Source of the DNA: Mustelus asterias
Lineage: Eukaryota
DNA: 64,000 nucleotides
Assembly (NCBI RefSeq): GCF_964213995.1
Contig: NC_135804.1
Location: 71,238,001-71,302,000, forward strand
Direction: 5' to 3'
Shown here: one piece after another, positions 50,601 to 62,789 of the stretch
Layout: every line of letters starts with the position of its first letter
Position numbering within the stretch: position 1 is the first letter of the stretch
Notes under the pieces: model-generated
Database searches by the model: none
The model's input: only the letters and a program-made list of their open reading frames with translations
Told to the model about the DNA's origin: nothing
Translations under genes and position numbers: made by a program

Positions 50601-50989
50601 CTAAAAGATCAAGTTCCATAAGTGAGTCTGACCTCACACCGCTCACATTCTCAGCACCTGACCAACTCAGTTACAGACAGACACAGTACCACCTCCTACA
50701 CAACCACACTTTATCAAGTGAATTCAGCACTCTCACAAAACAGAAACCACTGGAAATTCTTAGCATGTCTGGCAGCAATAGTGGAGAGAGAAACAAAGTT
50801 AACCTTTCAGATTGTGATCTTTCATCAGAACTGGGAAAAGTTAGATATGACAGTTTTTATAAAGGTGAAATAAGGAGGGGGGAAAAAGGGACATGGCAGA
50901 AGATGGGAGAGATTAAACAACAGAGTTGATGGGACAGAGCGAAAGGGAGTGGGAATGACATTAGTGAAAAAAACAAAAAACTTGTCCAG

Positions 50990-52320
50990 ATACTTTCTGG
51001 GGAAGAGAATTCCAAACGACCCTCAGAGAAAATATTCCTCCTCATCACCGTCTTAAATAGGAGACTCCTAATTGTAAAACTTTCGCCCCTAGTTCTACAT
51101 TGCTCCATGAGGGGAAACATGCTTTCAGTATCTACCCTGTCAAAGCCCCCTCAGAATCTTCTAACATTCAATAAGATCACTTCCTATTTTTCTAAACTCC
51201 AATGACTATCGGTCCAATTTGCTCAACCTTTCCTTAGAAGACAAACCCTTTCATCCAAAGAATCAGCCTAGTGAATCTCCTCTAAAGTGCTTCCAATTCA
51301 ACTATATCCCTCATTAAATAAAAAGACCAAAGCTATACTCTGGGTGCAGTTTCACGAGTGGCCTGTACAGGTGTAGCAATACTTTTATACTCCATTCCCA
51401 TTGCAATAAATACCACTATTCCATTTTCCTTCTTAATTACTTTCTCTACCTGCATGCTAACTTCTCGTGATTCATGGACAAGAACACCCAGATTCTTCTG
51501 TATTGCAGCATTCTGCAATCTCTCTCCATTTAAATAATATTCAATTTTTCTGTTCTTCCTGCCAAAGTGGGAAATCTCACATTTTCCCATATTATATTCC
51601 ACCTGCCAAATGTTTTCCCAATTCACTGACCCAATCAATATCCATAGAAGTTTCATAGAATCCTACAGTGCAGAAGGAGGCCAGTCGGCCCATCGAATCT
51701 GCACCAACCACAATCCCACCCAGGCGCTATCCCCATAACCCCATGCATTTACCCTAGCTAGTTCCCCTGACACTAAGGGTCAATTTAGCATGGCCAATCA
51801 ACCTAACCCGCACATCTTTGGACTGTGGGAGGAAACCGGAGCATCCAGAGGAAACCCACACAGACACGGGGAGAATGTGCAAACTCCACACAGACAGTGA
51901 CCCAAGCTAGGAATCGAACCCGGGTCCCTGGTGCTGTGAGGCAGCAGTGCTAACCACTGTGCCACCGTGCCGCCCCAGACTCCCTTTGCAGACACTGTGT
52001 ATCCTCCTCGCAACTTGTTTTCCTACCTCCCTTTACATCATCAGTAAATTTGGATACAACACACCTCGTCCAAGTCATTAATATAAGTTGTAAATAATTC
52101 AGGTCCCAGCACTGAACCCTGTGGCACTCCATTAGTTAGTTTCTCATCCTGTAATGACCCATTTATCTCATTCTTTGTTTCCTGTTAGTTAGCCAGTCCT
52201 CCAGCCATGCTAATATATTACTTAATACCAGAAGTTATCTTGTGGTACCTTATCGAATGCCATTTGGAAAACAAAATACACACCACCTAGTGGTTCTATT
52301 TTATCCAACCCTGCTTGCTA
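50990..52320 (-). mobile_element. Degenerate CR1 with a nested minus-strand SINE (51654-51977)
   Basis: WQVEYNMGKCEISHFGRKN motif. Confidence 0.85.
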
Positions 52321-52529
52321 TCCCCTCAAAGAACATTGTACAAACAGCGAACATCCCCAATTCTGACCTTACGATGGATTGATGAAGCATTTGGAGATAC
52401 CAATTTCCAATGTTTATTGAAATCAAATTTTACCAGCTGCTGTGGTGGGATGTGAACCCAGGTCCCGAGAGCATTACCCTGGGTCTCAGGATTATTTGTC
52501 CAGTGACATTACTACACCACTGCCTCCCC

Positions 52530-53400
52530 TTGGTGCCAAAGGCAGTCACTCTCACGTCACCTCTGGAGTTCAGCTCTTTTGTCTAAAGCTGTAATGAGGT
52601 AAGGAGCAGAGTGAATCTGGCAGAACCCAGAGTATCAGCGAGATTATTGAAGTGGCAGTAGCAGGGTGCCACTGCCACTTCATAGCACTGTTGATGGTTC
52701 CTTCCATCACTTAACTGATGATCAATCAAGAGCAGACAGATGGGCAGTAATTGGCCGGATTGGAATTGTCCTGTTTTTTTGTTTACAGGACATAACCGGA
52801 CAATTTTCCACATTGCCAGGTAGATGCCAGTGCTGGACATGTACTGGGACAGCCCAGCTGGGAGTGTGGCACAAGTTCTGGAGCATGAATCTTTAGTACT
52901 ATTGCCGGAATATTACTAGGACCCAAAGTCTTTGCAGTATCCAGTGCCTTCAGCCGCTTCTAGATATCACATAGAGTGAATCGAATTAGATAAAGACTGA
53001 CAGCTGTGAAGTTAAGATGGATCACCCATTTGGCAATTCTGGTTGAAGACTGTTAGGAATGCTTTAGCCTTATCTTTTGCACAGATGTGCTGGGCTCCTC
53101 CTTCATTGAAAATGGAGATATTTGCAGAACCACTTCCTCCAGTGAGTTGTGCACTATTTATGACTAGATGTGGCAGGACTGCAGAGCTTATATCTGATCC
53201 ATTGGTTGTGGAATTGCTTAGCTTTGTCTATTACTTATTGCTTATGCAAGTAGTCCTATGTTGTAGTTTCATCAAATTAGTACCTCACTTTTAGGTAGGA
53301 AGAGTGTTGTTCCTGGCATTAGAGCACTTCTAACTCTTCATTGTATCAGGGTTCATCCCCTGGTTTGTTGGTAATGGTAGAGTGAGGGATATGCAAGAGA
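52530..53400 (-). mobile_element. Old LINE (CR1/L2 group) RT fragment
   Basis: GIYLAMWKIVRLCPVNKK motif. Confidence 0.65.
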
Positions 53401-53858
53401 CTTCCTTAAGTATGACAGTACACAATCCAGGGAACCTACATAGATACCTGATAAAAGAGACTACTCTGTATCTATCCTGGGAGTGTTTGATGGGGACAGT
53501 GTAGAGGGAGCTTTACTTTGTATCTAACCAGGAGTTGCACCTGAACTCAGAGTGGTTGATGTTAGCTGCCTGTATTTCAAATTGTTTCAGTTCCCCTCAC
53601 ACTGAGCAGCACATATTTTAAAATGTACAGAATATTCTTTGAAGTAATGATGCTGATTACAGCAGCAGATAGCCTGCGAAACATGGAGCAGATCTGGACT
53701 CTTGGAATGAGTAGCCACGCTGACAAGAAAGGTAGAATGTGGATGTTGATGACAAGGCTGGTTTTGTTGCCTCAGTTACACAGCAGCATAAAGGAAATGG
53801 ATTAGTCCAGTTCCCATGAACCACATGACAAAGCATCAGGCGGTGAACAAATACTTAC

Positions 53859-54030
53859 TGTCTGCTGTCTCTACTTGCTTCACAAAGGACAGTCTCAGCT
53901 GAGCAGAGGATCCAATTTCAAAGTTTGGTTTCTTGGCCATCAATTCTTTCTTTATCAAGTTGTTACCTTGGTAACCGACAGACTGTTTTATGGAACTCAG
54001 CTGTTCAGCTGTTAGAGGCTCAGTTTGTAT
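53859..54030 (-). CDS. CIAPIN1: Anamorsin, coding exon 4 (IQTEPLTAEQL...KKPNFEIGSSAQLRLSFVKQVETAD)
   Basis: KKPNFE.GSS motif with tcacag acceptor and gtaagt donor. Confidence 0.96.
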
Positions 54031-54605
54031 CTGTGAAGAAGCAGAGTTTATGGATCTAGTTAATGCAGCTGTGTGTGAGAACAGGATTAGGAACAACCCC
54101 AAGCAAATAAACTGATTGTGAAGCAAAGAGATCCACACTGACACACTGGGTACATAGACATTCAATCTATATTCACCCTGGCAGCCACACAGTTGGGTGA
54201 AAGCTACCTGAAGGTACCTGAACCTCTGCTGCTGACTGAGGGTGAATCATGAGTACAGAGGCAGTGCTGCATGTCTCCACTCAGACAGAGGGAATGGTGT
54301 TTGGGCTGAGAGAGCCCATTCCCTCCGGATCTACCAGTAACAGTCCGAGTCTTCAGGACAAGGGACACATTTTAAAGTGTCGATGGGAACCATGACTGCA
54401 GTCAGCCATGATCAGAGCCTCTGTGGTATTAATCCTCACCATCCACTTCCCTCCCCGCCACCACCCTGCCCTCCTCCTTGGTGCTGCTGCAATCTCTCCA
54501 CACCCCACTCAACCCCCTCCTGCAACACACCCTCCCTCACCACAGCTTACTTTATCTTAGGTAGCAGGTGGACCAATTGGACAGGCTTGCCATAAGGACA
54601 CCTAC

Positions 54606-54682
54606 CTCAGTGATCTCGATAAATCCGGCCAGCTTTAGGACCGAGATGAGCTGGGATCCAGTCTTCAGTTTGCTGGAATCAC
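54606..54682 (-). CDS. CIAPIN1: Anamorsin, coding exon 3 (GDSSKLKTGSQLISVLKLAGFIEITE)
   Basis: cattag acceptor and gtaggt donor; in phase. Confidence 0.94.
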
Positions 54683-55756
54683 CTAATGCAAACACAAGAG
54701 AGCAGTGGGTCAGAGCACGACACTGCTCCATGGTGGCTATGAAGGAAGGTTTGACCTCTTATGACACTGCGCATTGAAGCACAGAGGTGGAAGATGATGA
54801 CTGATACCCCTGCAACTCAGGGCAAGAATCCTGGCAGCAGGACATTCTTGCTGAATGCCTTTGCATTACCATCCCAGACCCACACCCGATCCAGGATGAC
54901 CCAATGATACCTGCGCATTAGGTTGATTGGCCATGGTAAATTGCCCCGAAGTGTCAGGTGAATTAGCAGGCCAAATATGTAGGGTTAGGACTTGGGTGGA
55001 TTGTGGTCAGTGCAGACTCAATGGGCTGAATGGCCTCCTTCTGCACTGTAGGGATTCTATGATATTCCGAATGGATCCTGTGCATGAATGTCGCTTCTAA
55101 CAAGTGTAAATGAACCACATTACATGTTTGATTGTCTTATCTCAATTATATTAAATCTTGATTATCTTAAATTAGTTTTTAGTGTAACAATTAGCACTAA
55201 GGATTGTTTACCAAGTGCTGCCCAATTATGCAATCATATCTAACATAGACATTTTGTTTTGGGTTCTGTGCTGGTTGAGTATGATCTGTACACTCTCTGC
55301 CTATTACAAAACAACTGATGGAGAATGCTGTTTGATTCAAGCAGTCTATTGTTGTAATCGACAACCAATGTACCTGGCATCCTATTTGATTGACATTGTT
55401 CAATTGTGCGATAAGCAGCAGATCTTTTTTTGGACGGACAGCAGCATCCTGCTAGTGGTAAATAGCACTTGTATAGTCACTCCATGTAGTGTGAAATGGC
55501 TTGATTCACCTGCTGTTCAACTTTCTCAGATACTTTGCCTTTGAGGTAATATGAGGTGGACTAAGCACTTTTCAGGTTCATTTGTGAGTTGACACTGAAC
55601 AGTTTTCTCATCAAGATAGAATTATCCTGCAGAATAGTGGCTAACGCATTCTTTCTACGACAAACTTGCAAGGCGAGCAAATGGTTAGGCCCCTATTTAC
55701 AAGAAAACTTTACAGCCTTCCAGACTCTCACTGAAGTCACTGTACTCATTATTTTG

Positions 55757-55908
55757 TAAGAGTTTTAACAACACCAGATTAAAGTCCAACAGGTTTATCT
55801 GGTAGCAAATGCCATTAGCTTTCGGAGCGCTGCTCCTTCTTTAACTTTAACCTGGTGTTGTTAAAACTCTTACTGTGTTTACCCCAGTCCAATGCCGGCA
55901 TCTCCACC
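55757..55908. mobile_element. Penelope-like terminal fragments in inverted arrangement
   Basis: Same family as 9577-9899, with a truncated hammerhead. Confidence 0.65.
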
Positions 55909-56303
55909 TCATTATTTTGCACAGCAGTTGCTTGTAACTGCTTTTGTCATTTACAGCTTCTGTAGTCACATCTTTTGTCTTTTTTATTTTCTCCTTTGCC
56001 GTGACCTTCAATTTATCAGTTTTTTCCCCCCAAAATGTAATTCCTCCTGGTTTCCACCCTATCACAGATCTTTTCTTTTGTACTTCCCTCTCCATTTCCC
56101 CTCCTCTCCAGTTCTGATGCAAGGTCATTGAGGTAAAGTACTGACTCTATCATTATCTCCAGATAATATTTCCCAGCATGTTGCGTCTTCTTCCTTCATT
56201 CTAATATTGTTCTTATGATCAATGTTTGGCCTCTCTATATTTGCGATCCAAAAGAAACATCGTATCTGAATTCACCCAGCAAAACACCAAAGTAAACTGT
56301 CAC

Positions 56304-56453
56304 CTGATACACACACGGGCTCCCTGAAGTAAAGTCTTCCTCCAGGCTTGAGGATTCGAGCTATTTCAGCTAAGATCTCCAAACTGTGCAAGGTGGCAGA
56401 GCCTGGTGCTAGGCCCGAGAACACAAGGTCAAAGCTGGACTCCCTGTGAGCAG
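56304..56453 (-). CDS. CIAPIN1: Anamorsin, coding exon 2 ([50 protein letters not shown])
   Basis: SAM-methyltransferase-like domain closely matching the human protein. Confidence 0.97.
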
Positions 56454-57372
56454 CTGCAACGAGACAGAAAGACAAAGAGAGCACGATGCTTGAAGGTCAC
56501 GCGACAGCAGGATGAGAGCAGACTATCTGGACAGTTTAAAGGCTGTCACAGTAAAGACAATATTAGCACAGTCATCCAGCATTAAATACAGCTAATTCAT
56601 TAACACATAGATATATGAGACCAAGTGTAATTCTTTCTTCCGCAGACAGATGAGTGCTGTGCAATGAACTGCCAGAGTTAGAGACTTATGTCAACATTTA
56701 AGAATAGTTTACAGGAAGGGGGCTAAGGGAATATTGCAAAAGGACGGAAACAAGGAACGAGACTAGTGCAAGTGTGGACAGTAGATCACTACCAACCTGG
56801 AGAGTTTGGTTTGATGTTGTAACTTCTATGTAACTTGCAGCAATAGTAGTTTTATCATTATTTTTCCAGTGGTGTGTGCTGTTCACCAATCACAACTCAA
56901 CATGAGCTGGCTGCAAGCTCTCTTAAGATGCATAAAAGTGAAAGGAGGGGGTGGTGTTTGCAGCTCTGAAAGGTGATCTCAGGAAAATCCCATTCTTAGT
57001 TTGTGCAGTTACCTGATTTCAGTTCCAGCAATGGGGACATTTACCATTATTAGCTGGGACTATGGGAAAGGGGGTAAGCTATAATGAGAGATTGGCTAGC
57101 CAGGAAAAGAAGGGGAACATTAAGGTCTTTCTTCCAATGTGAACAGTTTGCACGATGTGATCAAATTTCTGGAGTGCTGATGCAGTCTACCAGCACTGAC
57201 TGAGCTGTGACTGATGTTTAACTATATAGGGGAAGCATGGCACAGCTGTGGCTAGACAAGGAATGTTGAGGCTAAGTGCAGGTCAGTGGGACTCGGCAAA
57301 AAATGGTTCGGCACAGACAAGAAGGGCCAAAAGGCCTATTTCTGAGCTGTAATTTTATATGGTTCTATCTAT

Positions 57373-57722
57373 GGGCGGCACGGTAGCACAGTGGTTAGCA
57401 CTGCTGCTTCACAGCTCCAGGGACCTGGGTTCGATTCCCGGCTTGGGTCACTGTCTGTGTGGAGTTTGCACATTCTCCTCGTGTCTGCGTGTGTTTCCTC
57501 CGGGTGCTCCGGTTTCCTCCCACAGTCCAAAGATGTGCGGGTTAGGTTGATTGGCCATGCTAAAATTGCCCTTAGTGTCCTGAGATGCATAGGTTAGAGG
57601 GATTAGTGGGTAAAATAAGTAGGGATATGGTGGTAGGGCCTGGGTGGGATTGTGGTCGGTGCAGACTTGATGGGCCGAATGGCCTCTTTCTGTACTGTAG
57701 GGTTTCTATGATTTCTATCTAT
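57373..57722 (+). mobile_element. HE1-type SINE inserted at the tail of a short CR1 3' end (57272-57372)
   Basis: Family match. Confidence 0.9.
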
Positions 57723-58057
57723 GGAGGCACTGGTGCCCATTTGGCTGTGTCAAAATGTTGCCCATTTGGCTGAGCAGCGAGTGATGAACTGGAAAGTTTT
57801 CTCTCTCTGTGCTTTGTGCACATTCAAATAGACACTTAGATGTTGAGAATTCTGTGATCGGGCTGTTCTCTTTGACCAAAGACTGGCAGATATGAGAGGG
57901 TGTGCAGCAGGGTAGGAAATCAGGCGAAATGGAGGTTACAGTCAGGGCTCCCCAAAGCTGAGTAAAGTGGTAATAAGACTGGAACAAGGAGCAGGAATGA
58001 CAGACACTTTGCATGATGAGGAGAATTCAAGGGAGGTGAAGTAGTTTCTGAACTTAC

Positions 58058-58214
58058 ATATCCGCAGCCTGTCGATGTTTTCCATTGCCACATATCCTAA
58101 TTCCCCAGTGACTGCCCGAACATCTTGCACCAACTCGGTCTGGGATTCAGCAGTGGAAGAATTGTCCCAGATAACAACAACATTATGACCCGTCTTTATA
58201 TCAAACCGGTCCAT
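58058..58214 (-). CDS. CIAPIN1: Anamorsin, coding exon 1 (MDRFDIKTGHNVVVIWDNSS...VAMENIDRLRI)
   Basis: ATG at 58214, acceptor before 58222, phase-1 gtaagt donor. Eight exons sum to 942 nt (313 aa). Confidence 0.95.
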
Positions 58215-58431
58215 TACAAATCCTGAAAACACAACTCATTAGAAAATATTGTATGTTACATGGAACAAACATTCCCTGTGATAACGCACATTAATAAATA
58301 CTCGCAACATCAACGTCAGTGAAAGGAATCTGATGAGCAGCCGCTGCAAACCCGATCCCCCCTCTTTCCCCACTCACTGGGCCGGGGGGATATTAGACCC
58401 ACAAACTCCCCAGACACATTCACACACTCAC

Positions 58432-58492
58432 TTTCACCAACTTCGGCGCTGCTTTGGCGTCATCAAGTCGCGACAAACAGTGACGTCACAGC
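58432..58492 (-). promoter_or_regulatory. Probable CIAPIN1 non-coding first exon or promoter with CRE palindrome GTGACGTCAC (58480-58489) and GTCGCGAC (58468-58475)
   Basis: CpG-rich, with a minus-strand gtgagt donor at 58431; truncated by the gap. Confidence 0.55.
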
Positions 58493-58692
58493 NNNNNNNN
58501 NNNNNNNNNNNNNNNNNNNNNNNNNNNNNNNNNNNNNNNNNNNNNNNNNNNNNNNNNNNNNNNNNNNNNNNNNNNNNNNNNNNNNNNNNNNNNNNNNNNN
58601 NNNNNNNNNNNNNNNNNNNNNNNNNNNNNNNNNNNNNNNNNNNNNNNNNNNNNNNNNNNNNNNNNNNNNNNNNNNNNNNNNNNNNNNNNNNN
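58493..58692. other. Assembly gap (200 N, true size unknown)
   Basis: Run of N. Confidence 1.
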
Positions 58693-60890
58693 CCCCCTCC
58701 CCCCTACCCCCCACCCTCCCCCCTTCACACCTCCCCCCTTCACCCTCCCCCCTTCACCCTCCCCCCTTCACCCTCCCCCCTTCACCCTCCCCCCTTCACC
58801 CTCCCCCCTTCACCCTCCCCCTTCACCCTCCCCCCCTTCACCCTCCCCCCTTCACCCTCCCCCCTTCACCCTCCCCCCTTCACCCTCCCCCCCTTCACCC
58901 TCCCCCCTTCACCCTCCCCCCTTCACCCTCCCCCCTTCACCCTCCCCCCTTCACCCTCCCCCCTTCACCCTCCCCCACGCTCACCCTCCCCCCTTCACCC
59001 TCCCCCCTTCACCCTCCCCCCTTCACCCTCCCCCCTGCTCCCCCTCCACCCTCCCCCCTCCACCCTCCCCCCTCCCACCTCCACCCTCCCCCCTCCACCC
59101 TCCCCCCTCCACCCTCCCCCCTCCACCCTCCCCCCCCACCCTCCTCCCCCCCCTTCACCCTCCTCCCCCCCCTTCACCCTCCTCCCCCCCTTCACCCTCC
59201 TCCCCCCCTTCACCCTCCTCCCCCCCTTCACCCTCCTCCCCCCCTCACCCTCCTCCCCCCCCTTCACCCTCCTCCCCCCCCTTCACCCTCCTCCCCCCCC
59301 TTCACCCTCCTCCCCCCCCTTCACCCTCCTCCCCCCCCTTCACCCTCCTCCCCCCCCCTTCACCCTCCTCCCCCCCCCTTCACCCTCCTCCCCCCCTTCA
59401 CCCTCCTCCCCCCCTTCACCCTCCTCCCCCCCTTCACCCTCCTCCCCCCCTTCACCCTCCTCCCCCCCTTCACCCTCCTCCCCCCCTTCACCCTCCTCCC
59501 CCCTTCACCCTCCTCCCCCCCTTCACCCTCCTCCCCCCCTTCACCCTCCTCCCCCCCTTCACCCTCCTCCCCCCTTCACCCTCCTCCCCCCCTTCACCCT
59601 CCTCCCCCCCTTCACCCTCCTCCCCCCCTTCACCCTCCTCCCCCCCCTTCACCCTCCTCCCCCCCTTCACCCTCCTCCCCCCCCCTTCACCCTCCTCCCC
59701 CCCCCTTCACCCTCCTCCCCCCCCCTTCACCCTCCTCCCCCCCCCTTCACCCTCCTCCCCCCCCTTCACCCTCCTCCCCCCCCTTCACCCTCCTCCCCCC
59801 CTTCACCCTCCTCCCCCCCCTTCACCCTCCTCCCCCCCCCTTCACCCTCCTCCCCCCCCCTTCACCCTCCTTCACCCTCCTCCCCCCCTTCTCCCCCCCT
59901 TCTCCCCCCCCTCCTCCCCCCACTACTCTCCCCCCCTCCTCCCCCCCTTACTCTCCCCCCCTCCTCCCCCCCTTACTCTCCCCTCCCTTCTCCCCCCCCC
60001 CCTTCTCCCCCCCCTTCTCCCCCCCTTCTCCCCCCCTTCTCCCCCCCTTCTCCCCCCCTTCTCCCCCCCTTCTCCCCCCCTTCTCCCCCCCTTCTCCCCC
60101 CCCTTCACCCTCCCCCCTTCTCCCCCCCCTTCTCCCCCCCCTTCTCCCCCCCCTTCTCCCCCCCCTTCTCCCCCCCTTCTCCCCCCCTTCTCCCCCCCCT
60201 TCTCCCCCCCCTTCTCCCCCCCCTTCTCCCCCCCCTTCTCCCCCCCCTTCTCCCCCCCCTTCTCCCCCCCCCTTCTCCCCCCCCTTCTCCCCCCCCTTCT
60301 CCCCCCCCTTCTCCCCCCCCTTCTCCCCCCCCTTCTCCCCCCCTTCTCCCCCCCCTTCTCCCCCCCCTTCTCCCCCCCCTTCTCCCCCCCCTTCTCCCCC
60401 CCCTTCTCCCCCCCCTTCTCCCCCCCCTTCTCCCCCCCCCCTTGCCCTCTTCTCCCCCCCTTTGCCCTCTTCTCCCCCCCCCTTTGCCCTCTTCTCCCCC
60501 CCTTGCCCTCTTCTCCCCCCCTTTGCCCTCTTCTCCCCCCCCTTTGCCCTCCTCTCCCCCCCCTTTGCCCTCCTCTCCCCCCTTTGCCCTCCTCTCCCCC
60601 CCTTTGCCCTCCTCTCTCCCCCCTTTGCCCTCCTCTCCCCCCCTTTGCCCTCCTCTCCCCCCCTTTGCCCTCCTCTCCCCCCCTTTGCCCTCCTCTCCCC
60701 CCCTTTGCCCTCCTCTCCCCCCCTTTGCCCTCCTCTCCCCCCTTTGCCCTCCTCTTCTCCCCCCCCCTTTGCCCTCCTCTTCTCCCCCCCCCTTTGCCCT
60801 CTTCTCCCCCCCCCTTTGCCCTCTTCTCCCCCCCCCTTTGCCCTCTTCTCCCCCCCCTTTGCCCTCTTCTACCCCCCCTTCTCCCCCATC
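58693..60890. repeat. 2.2-kb C-rich polypyrimidine tandem array with successive unit types (cttcaccct, ttctccccc, tttgccctc)
   Basis: Visible in sequence; the Pro-rich ORFs are artefacts. Confidence 0.95.
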
Positions 60891-60964
60891 TCTTTCCATC
60901 GCTATTACTATCTGTATCTCTGTCTCCCTCTGGATCTATCTTTGTCTTTAAAAACTTAGAATGT

Positions 60965-62560
60965 ATGAGTCGGTATTTCAGCCCTTTGAGTCTTCTCCAG
61001 CATTCAGTATGATCATGGCAGAGTCACTATCTCGGGATCATACTCCCGCACTGTCCCCATAGCCCTTGAAGTCTTTGTATGTTTCCTTGAATATCCTCAG
61101 TGACTTGACCTCCTCAACCTTCTGTGGTAAAGGATTCCACAGGTTCACCATCCTCTGAGTGAAGAACTTTCTCCTCATCTCAGTCCTAAATGTCCTCCCC
61201 CATATCCTGTGACTGTGACTATTTGTTTTAGGCCACTCAACCAGAGGAAACAACATCCTTGCATTCTGTCGGTCCAGCCAGAATTTTATATGTTTTAGTC
61301 AGATCCCCTCTCATTCTTCCAATTGCTAATGAATATAGACTTGATCCATCCAATCTTTCCTCATATGACAATCCTGCCACCCCAGGAATCAGACTGGTGA
61401 ACATTTGCTCACTCCCTCTATGGACAGTAATGTCTTTTCTTGGACAAGGGGACCAAAACTGCACACAATACTCCAGGTGTGGTCACAGCAAGGCTCTTTA
61501 GTAAGACACCCCTGCTCTGTACTCAAGTTCTCTTGCACTGTACATCAACATTTGTTTTCCTAACTGCTTGTTGTGCCGACATGCTTGCTTTCAGTGACTG
61601 ATGTATTAGGACATACGATTCCCAATCCACATCACAATTGAAATAATGTGGAGAGAGTCAGACAGTATGATTTAAATTGTAAAAATCTAAATACTGCAAT
61701 TGTTTGAATCTGAACAAAACAGAAAACGCTGGAAAATCTCAGCAGGTCTGACAGCATCTGTAGAGAGGCAATAGAGCTAATGTTTCAAGTCAGGATGACC
61801 TTTGTCAGAGCACAAGGTCATCCTGTCAAAGGGTCATCCTGACTTGAAACGTTAGCTCTATTGCCTCTCTACAGAATGCTGTCAGACCTGCTGAGATTTT
61901 CCAGCGTTTTCTGTTTTGCTTAGATTCAAACAATTGCAGTATTTTGCTTTTACAATTTAAATCATACTCTGACTTCTCCATCAGAAGTGGATAACTTCAC
62001 ATTTATCCACATTATACTGCACCTGGCTTGCATTTGCCCACTCACTCAAATTGTTTAATTACCCTGAAGTCTCTCAACATCCTCTTCAGCACTCACATTC
62101 CCACCAAGTTTTGTGTCATCAGCAAACTTGGAAATATTACATTTGGTTCCCTCATACAAATCATTGATGTATATTGTGACGAGCTGGATCCCGAGCACTG
62201 ATCCCTGTGGGACCCCACTAGTCACTGTCTCTCACTTCGAAAAAGACCCACTTGTTTCCTGTCGGCTAACCAATTCTCAATCTATGCCAGTATATTACCT
62301 TAATCCCATGTACTTTGATTTTGCACACTGCACACTGACTTCATAAGCAGGATTTTATGAAAATCAAATACACACATCCACTGTGTTCATCCTTATCTAT
62401 TTTACTAATAATCATGCCTTCAAATAACTCCAGTTGGTTTCCCGGTTATGATTTCTCTTTCATAAATCCATGTTGACTTTGTCTAACCCTGTTGATATTT
62501 TCTAAGTGTCCTGTTACCATATCCTTTATAATAGACACGAGCATTTTCCCTACTACTGAT
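60965..62560 (-). mobile_element. Degenerate CR1 with a nested fold-back element
   Basis: EMRRKFFTQRMVNLWNPLP and QFWSP motifs. Confidence 0.85.
61648..61980. mobile_element. Fold-back Penelope-derived repeat (about 330-bp hairpin)
   Basis: Arms are nearly perfect reverse complements with degenerate hammerhead cores. Confidence 0.75.
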
Positions 62561-62636
62561 GTTAGGCTATCTATTACTGCATCTATTACTGACAGATGTA
62601 TGTGTGGTTATTAGATGATCTTGTTTTGTGTTGCAG

Positions 62637-62705
62637 CAATTGACTGGGTTCAGATTGATGCCAATTCCTCAGTACTCCATGATGAATTTATTGCACACCG
62701 AATTG
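62637..62705 (+). CDS. POLR2C: RNA polymerase II subunit RPB3, internal exon ([24 protein letters not shown])
   Basis: Near-identical to human [24 protein letters not shown]; ttgcag acceptor and gtgagt donor, phase 1-1. Confidence 0.96.
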
Positions 62706-62789
62706 GTGAGTGTAACCAACTCATTTCATCTCTCTCCATAAGTGGGGTAAAATAAAGGGGGTGCTGGATTTGGTACTTTTTGTGGGATG

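Noticed and set aside
58333-61012. 872-aa proline-rich extensin-like ORF and the opposite-strand Gly/Arg ORFs
   Set aside because: Translation of a C-rich simple repeat across an N gap.
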